From a virus, in UHGV virus genome UHGV-0234484: a stretch of 13,965 nt of DNA. One strand, given 5' to 3'. Shown here in pieces: positions 9,444-13,965 of this stretch. The position numbers and the translations under genes were made by a program. Numbering within the stretch: position 1 is the first letter of the stretch; each line of letters starts with the position of its first letter. The notes below the pieces were generated by a model. The model saw only the letters and a program-made list of their open reading frames with translations. It was not told the DNA's origin and made no database searches.

Positions 9444-10743
9444 TCTCCCGCATATTGCCAGCATGGCCTTTAATGAGCCGCTGATGCTTGAACCCGCCTA
9501 TGCGCGGGTTTTCTTTTGTGCGCTTGCAGGCCAGCTTGGGATCAGCCGCCTGACGGATGCGGTGTCCGGCGACAGCCTGACTGCCCAGGAGGCACTCGCG
9601 ACGCTGGCATTATCCGGTGATGATGACGGACCACGACAGGCCCGCAGTTATCAGGTCATGAACGGCATCGCCGTGCTGCCGGTGTCCGGCACGCTGGTCA
9701 GCCGGACGCGGGCGCTGCAGCCGTACTCGGGGATGACCGGTTACAACGGCATTATCGCCCGTCTGCAACAGGCTGCCAGCGATCCGATGGTGGACGGCAT
9801 TCTGCTGGATATGGACACACCGGGCGGGATGGTGGCGGGAGCATTTGACTGTGCTGACATCATCGCCCGTGTGCGAGACATAAAACCGGTATGGGCGCTG
9901 GCCAACGACATGAACTGCAGTGCAGGTCAGCTGCTTGCCAGTGCCGCCTCCCGGCGTCTGGTCACGCAGACCGCCCGGACAGGCTCCATCGGCGTCATGA
10001 TGGCTCACAGCAATTACGGTGCTGCGCTGGAGAAACAGGGCGTGGAAATCACGCTGATTTACAGCGGCAGCCATAAGGTGGATGGCAATCCCTACAGCCA
10101 TCTTCCGGATGACGTCCGGGAGACACTGCAGTCCCGGATGGACGCAACCCGCCAGATGTTTGCGCAGAAGGTGTCGGCATATACCGGCCTGTCTGTGCAG
10201 GCTGTGCTGGATACCGAGGCTGCAGTGTACAGCGGTCAGGAGGCCATTGATGCCGGACTGGCTGATGAACTTGTTAACAGCACCGATGCGATCACCGTCA
10301 TGCGTGATGCACTGGATGCACGTAAATCCCGTCTCTCAGGAGGGCGAATGACCAAAGAGACTCAATCAACAACTGTTTCAGCCACTGCTTCGCAGGCTGA
10401 CGTTACTGACGTGGTGCCAGCGACGGAGGGCGAAAACGCCAGCGCGGCGCAGCCGGACGTGAACGCGCAGATCACCGCTGCGGTTGCGGCAGAAAACAGC
10501 CGCATTATGGGGATCCTCAACTGTGAGGAGGCTCACGGACGCGAAGAACAGGCGCGCGTTCTGGCAGAAACCCCCGGTATGACCGTGGAAACGGCCCGCC
10601 GCATTCTGGCCGCAGCACCACAGAGTGCACAGGCGCGCAGTGACACTGCGCTGGATCGTCTGATGCAGGGGGCACCGGCACCGCTGGCTGCAGGTAACCC
10701 GGCATCTGATGCCGTTAACGATTTGCTGAACACACCAGTGTAA
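9424..10743 (+). CDS. C: head maturation protease / minor capsid protein C (S49/ClpP-like), 439 aa
   Basis: GTG at 9424 preceded by GAGGAGGAGGAG (9409-9420), overlapping the end of B. Product VTAELRNLPHIASMAFNEPLMLEP... matches lambda gpC. The 477-aa ORF listed from 9310 is an artefactual upstream extension. Confidence 0.9.
10138..10743 (+). CDS. nu3: scaffolding protein Nu3, in-frame internal start within C sharing its C-terminus, 201 aa
   Basis: ATG at 10138 is in the C frame (MDATRQMFAQKVSAYTG...). Lambda expresses Nu3 from exactly this nested arrangement. Expression is inferred from lambda, not visible here. Confidence 0.7.
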   Translation: MDATRQMFAQKVSAYTGLSVQAVLDTEAAVYSGQEAIDAGLADELVNSTDAITVMRDALDARKSRLSGGRMTKETQSTTVSATASQADVTDVVPATEGENASAAQPDVNAQITAAVAAENSRIMGILNCEEAHGREEQARVLAETPGMTVETARRILAAAPQSAQARSDTALDRLMQGAPAPLAAGNPASDAVNDLLNTPV

Positions 10744-10752
10744 GGGATGTTT

Positions 10753-11085
10753 ATGACGAGCAAAGAAACCTTTACCCATTACCAGCCGCTGGGCAACAGT
10801 GACCCGGCTCATACCGCAACCGCGCCAGGCGGATTGAGTGCGAAAGCGCCTGCAATGACCCCGCTGATGCTGGACACCTCCACCCGTAAGCTGGTTGCGT
10901 GGGATGGCACCACCGACGGTGCTGCCGTTGGCATTCTTGCGGTTGCTGCTGACCAGACCAGCACCACGCTGACGTTCTACAAGTCCGGCACGTTCCGTTA
11001 TGAGGATGTGCTCTGGCCGGAGGCTGCCAGCGACGAGACGAAAAAACGGACCGCGTTTGCCGGAACGGCAATCAGCATCGTTTAA
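10753..11085 (+). CDS. D: head decoration protein D, 110 aa
   Basis: [33 protein letters not shown]... matches lambda gpD. Start taken at the ATG at 10753 (third codon of the listed ORF) to give the lambda length. Confidence 0.9.
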   Translation: MTSKETFTHYQPLGNSDPAHTATAPGGLSAKAPAMTPLMLDTSTRKLVAWDGTTDGAAVGILAVAADQTSTTLTFYKSGTFRYEDVLWPEAASDETKKRTAFAGTAISIV

Positions 11086-11104
11086 CCTTACCCTTCATCA
11101 CTAA

Positions 11105-11140
11105 AGGCCGCCTGTGCGGCTTTTTTTACGGGATTTTTTT
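11105..11140 (+). terminator. terminator-like hairpin with U-runs in the D-E intergenic region
   Basis: GGCCGCC-TGT-GCGGC stem-loop at 11106-11120 followed by TTTTTTT, then ACGGGATTTTTTT immediately before the E start codon. Confidence 0.45.
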
Positions 11141-12166
11141 ATGTCGATGTACACAACCGCCCAGCTGCTGGCGGCAAATGAGCAGAAATTTAAGTTTGAT
11201 CCGCTGTTTCTGCGTCTCTTTTTCCGTGAGAGCTATCCCTTCACCACGGAGAAAGTCTATCTCTCACAAATTCCGGGGCTGGTAAACATGGCGCTGTACG
11301 TTTCGCCGATTGTTTCCGGTGAGGTTATCCGCTCCCGTGGCGGCTCCACCTCTGAATTTACGCCGGGATATGTCAAGCCGAAGCATGAGGTGAATCCGCA
11401 GATGACCCTGCGTCGCCTGCCGGATGAAGATCCGCAGAATCTGGCGGACCCGGCTTACCGCCGCCGTCGCATCATTATGCAGAACATGCGTGACGAAGAG
11501 CTGGCCATTGCCCAGGTCGAAGAGATGCAGGCAGTTTCTGCCGTGCTTAAGGGCAAATACACCATGACCGGTGAAGCTTTCGATCCGGTTGAGGTGGATA
11601 TGGGCCGCAGTGCGGCCAACAACATCACGCAGTCCGGCGGCACGGAGTGGAGCAAGCGTGACAAGTCCACGTATGACCCGACCGACGATATCGAAGCCTA
11701 CGCGCTGAACGCCAGCGGAGTGGTGAATATCATCGTGTTTGATCCGAAAGGCTGGGCGCTGTTCCGTTCCTTCAAAGCCGTCAAGGAGAAGCTGGATACC
11801 CGTCGTGGCTCTCATTCCGAGCTGGAGACAGCGGTGAAAGACCTAGGCAAAGCGGTGTCCTACAAGGGGATGTATGGCGATGTGGCCATCGTCGTGTATT
11901 CCGGACAGTACGTGGAAAACGGCGTCAAAAAGAACTTCCTGCCGGACAACACGATGGTGCTGGGGAACACTCAGGCACGCGGTCTGCGCACCTATGGCTG
12001 CATTCAGGATGCGGACGCACAGCGCGAAGGCATTAACGCCTCTGCCCGTTACCCGAAAAACTGGGTGACCACCGGCGATCCGGCGCGTGAGTTCACCATG
12101 ATTCAGTCAGCACCGCTGATGCTGCTGGCTGATCCTGATGAGTTCGTGTCTGTACAACTGGCGTAA
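11141..12166 (+). CDS. E: major capsid protein E (HK97 fold), 341 aa
   Basis: ATG at 11141; MSMYTTAQLLAANEQKFKFDPLFLRLFFRESYPFTTEKVYL... matches lambda gpE. The ORF listed from 11114 carries a 9-codon upstream extension. Confidence 0.95.
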   Translation: MSMYTTAQLLAANEQKFKFDPLFLRLFFRESYPFTTEKVYLSQIPGLVNMALYVSPIVSGEVIRSRGGSTSEFTPGYVKPKHEVNPQMTLRRLPDEDPQNLADPAYRRRRIIMQNMRDEELAIAQVEEMQAVSAVLKGKYTMTGEAFDPVEVDMGRSAANNITQSGGTEWSKRDKSTYDPTDDIEAYALNASGVVNIIVFDPKGWALFRSFKAVKEKLDTRRGSHSELETAVKDLGKAVSYKGMYGDVAIVVYSGQYVENGVKKNFLPDNTMVLGNTQARGLRTYGCIQDADAQREGINASARYPKNWVTTGDPAREFTMIQSAPLMLLADPDEFVSVQLA

Positions 12167-12207
12167 TCATGGCCCTTCGGGGCCATTTTCTCTCTGTGGA
12201 GGAGTTC

Positions 12208-12606
12208 ATGACGAAAGATGAACTGATTGCCCGTCTTCAGGAGCTGGGTGAGCAACTGAACCGCGATGTCAGTTTGACGGGAACGAAAGAAGAACTGGCG
12301 CTTCGTGTGGCAGAGCTGGAAGAAGAGCTTGATGACACGGATGAAACTGCCGGTCAGGACACCCCTCTCAGCCGGGAAAATGTGCTGACCGGGCATGAAA
12401 ATGAGGTGGTATCAGCGCAGCCGGATACCGTGATTCAGGATACGGCTGAACTGGTCACGGTCGTGGCACTGGTGACGCTGCATACTGATGCACTTCACGC
12501 CACGCGGGATAAACCTGTGGCATTTGTGCTGCCGGGAACGGCGTTTCGTGTCTCTGCCGGTGTGGCAGCCGAAATGACAGAACGTGGCCTGGCCAGAATG
12601 CAATAA
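12208..12606 (+). CDS. FI: DNA packaging / head completion protein FI, 132 aa
   Basis: ATG at 12208 preceded by GGAGGAG at 12190-12196; MTKDELIARLQELGEQLNRDVSLTGTKEELALRVAELEEELDD... matches lambda gpFI. Confidence 0.9.
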   Translation: MTKDELIARLQELGEQLNRDVSLTGTKEELALRVAELEEELDDTDETAGQDTPLSRENVLTGHENEVVSAQPDTVIQDTAELVTVVALVTLHTDALHATRDKPVAFVLPGTAFRVSAGVAAEMTERGLARMQ

Positions 12607-12617
12607 CGGGAGGCGCT

Positions 12618-12971
12618 GTGGCTGATTTCGATAACCTGTTCGATGCTGCCATTGCCCGCGCTGATGAAACGATACGCGGGTACATGGGAACGTCAGCCAC
12701 CATGACATCCGGTGAGCAGTCCGGTGCGGTGATACGTGGTGTTTTTGATGACCCTGAAAATATCAGCTATGCCGGACAGGGCGTGCGCGTTGAAGGCTCC
12801 AGCCCGTCCCTGTTTGTCCGGACTGATGAGGTGCGGCAGCTGCGGCGTGGAGACACGCTGACCATCGGTGAGGAAAATTTCTGGGTAGATCGGGTTTCGC
12901 CGGATGATGGCGGAAGCTGTCATCTCTGGCTTGGACGGGGCGTGCCGCCTGCCGTTAACCGTCGCCGCTGA
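12618..12971 (+). CDS. FII: head-tail connector protein FII, 117 aa
   Basis: GTG start at 12618 preceded by GGGAGG; ADFDNLFDAAIARADETIRGYMGTSATMTSGEQSG... matches lambda gpFII. Confidence 0.9.
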   Translation: MADFDNLFDAAIARADETIRGYMGTSATMTSGEQSGAVIRGVFDDPENISYAGQGVRVEGSSPSLFVRTDEVRQLRRGDTLTIGEENFWVDRVSPDDGGSCHLWLGRGVPPAVNRRR

Positions 12972-12982
12972 AAGGGGGATGT

Positions 12983-13561
12983 ATGGCCATAAAAGGTCTT
13001 GAGCAGGCCGTTGAAAACCTCAGCCGTATCAGCAAAACGGCGGTGCCCGGTGCCGCCGCAATGGCCATTAACCGCGTTGCTTCATCCGCGATATCGCAGT
13101 CGGCGTCACAGGTTGCCCGTGAGACAAAGGTACGCCGGAAACTGGTAAAGGAAAGGGCCAGGCTGAAAAGGGCCACGGTCAAAAATCCGCAGGCCAGAAT
13201 CAGGGTTAACCGGGGGGATTTGCCCGTAATCAGGCTGGGTAATGCGCGGGTTGTCCTGTCCCGCCGCAGGCGTCGTAAAAAGGGGCAGCGTTCATCCCTG
13301 AAAGGTGGCGGCAGCGTGCTTGTGGTGGGAAACCGTCGTATTCCCGGCGCGTTTATTCAGCAACTGAAAAATGGCCGGTGGCATGTCATGCAGCGTGTGG
13401 CCGGGAAAAACCGTTACCCCATTGATGTGGTGAAAATCCCGATGGCGGTGCCGCTGACCACGGCGTTTAAACAGAATATTGAGCGGATACGGCGTGAGCG
13501 TCTTCCGAAAGAGCTGGGCTATGCGCTGCAGCATCAACTGAGAATGGTAATAAAGCGATGA
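12983..13561 (+). CDS. Z: tail assembly / tail completion protein Z, 192 aa
   Basis: MAIKGLEQAVENLSRISKTAVPGAAAMAINRVASSAISQ... matches lambda gpZ; very basic mid-region (RRRRRKKGQR). Confidence 0.9.
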   Translation: MAIKGLEQAVENLSRISKTAVPGAAAMAINRVASSAISQSASQVARETKVRRKLVKERARLKRATVKNPQARIRVNRGDLPVIRLGNARVVLSRRRRRKKGQRSSLKGGGSVLVVGNRRIPGAFIQQLKNGRWHVMQRVAGKNRYPIDVVKIPMAVPLTTAFKQNIERIRRERLPKELGYALQHQLRMVIKR

Positions 13562-13953
13562 AACATACTGAACTCCGTGCAGCCGTACTGGATGCACTGG
13601 AGAAGCATGACACCGGGGCGACGCTTTTTGATGGTCGCCCCGCTGTTTTTGATGAGGCGGATTTTCCGGCAATTGCCGTTTATCTCACCGGCGCTGAATA
13701 CACGGGCGAAGAGCTGGACAGCGATACCTGGCAGGCGGAGCTGCATATTGAAGTTTTCCTGCCTGCTCAGGTGCCGGATTCAGAGCTGGATTCGTGGATG
13801 GAGTCCCGGATTTATCCGGTGATGAGCGATATCCCGGCACTGTCAGATTTGATCACCAGTATGGTGGCCAGTGGCTATGACTACCGGCGCGACGATGATG
13901 CGGGCCTGTGGAGTTCAGCCGATCTGACTTATGTCATTACCTATGAAATGTGA
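13558..13953 (+). CDS. U: tail terminator protein U, 131 aa
   Basis: ATG overlaps the Z stop (ATGA at 13558-13561). MKHTELRAAVLDALEKHDTGATLFDGRPAVFDEADFPAIAVYLTGAEY... matches lambda gpU. Confidence 0.9.
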   Translation: MKHTELRAAVLDALEKHDTGATLFDGRPAVFDEADFPAIAVYLTGAEYTGEELDSDTWQAELHIEVFLPAQVPDSELDSWMESRIYPVMSDIPALSDLITSMVASGYDYRRDDDAGLWSSADLTYVITYEM

Positions 13954-13960
13954 GGACGAT

Positions 13961-13965
13961 ATGCC
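13961..13965 (+). CDS. V: start of major tail protein V, truncated by the window end
   Basis: ATGCC (Met-Pro) 8 nt after the U stop, preceded by GAGGA at 13952-13956. Lambda gpV begins MP. Only 5 nt are present, so this is positional inference. Confidence 0.4.

Noticed and set aside
9610-10101. 163-aa minus-strand ORF inside C/Nu3, and the + strand ORFs 9891-10076 and 10082-10351
   Set aside because: Antisense or off-frame within C, with His/Arg/Cys-rich low-complexity translations. No supporting signals.
10378-11071. Minus-strand ORFs (10378-10812, 10517-10705, 10533-10763, 10772-11071) overlapping the end of C and gene D
   Set aside because: Shadow ORFs antisense to conserved head genes.
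11264-11815. 183-aa minus-strand ORF inside the major capsid gene E
   Set aside because: Antisense to E; no start context or recognisable domain.
12103-12971. Minus-strand ORFs (12103-12396, 12412-12708, 12455-12703, 12693-12923) across FI/FII
   Set aside because: Antisense to conserved lambda-like genes; no features.

Overview
This window is the late region of a lambdoid (lambda-family) prophage or phage genome, read left to right on the + strand. It contains: the 3' end of a nin-region DUF968/HNH-like gene; a small Q-type late antiterminator; an intact OmpC-family porin gene (nmpC/Lc-like) on the opposite strand with an AT-rich promoter region and an IpeX-like 3' UTR; a phage-21-type lysis cassette (dual-start pinholin, SAR endolysin, Rz with embedded Rz1); a ~1.2 kb lower-GC accessory island with two convergent ORFs of unknown function where lambda carries bor; a lambda-like cos site; and a head/tail-joining gene block near-identical to lambda (Nu1, A, W, B, C with nested Nu3, D, E, FI, FII, Z, U, and the first codons of V). 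The architecture is mosaic: a DLP12/21/PA-2-like Q-porin-lysis module joined to a lambda-type packaging and head module. The most likely place for something undescribed is the accessory island at about 3.8-4.9 kb, especially the 185-aa membrane-anchored protein. All protein identifications rest on reading the supplied translations against remembered phage protein families; no database search was run.
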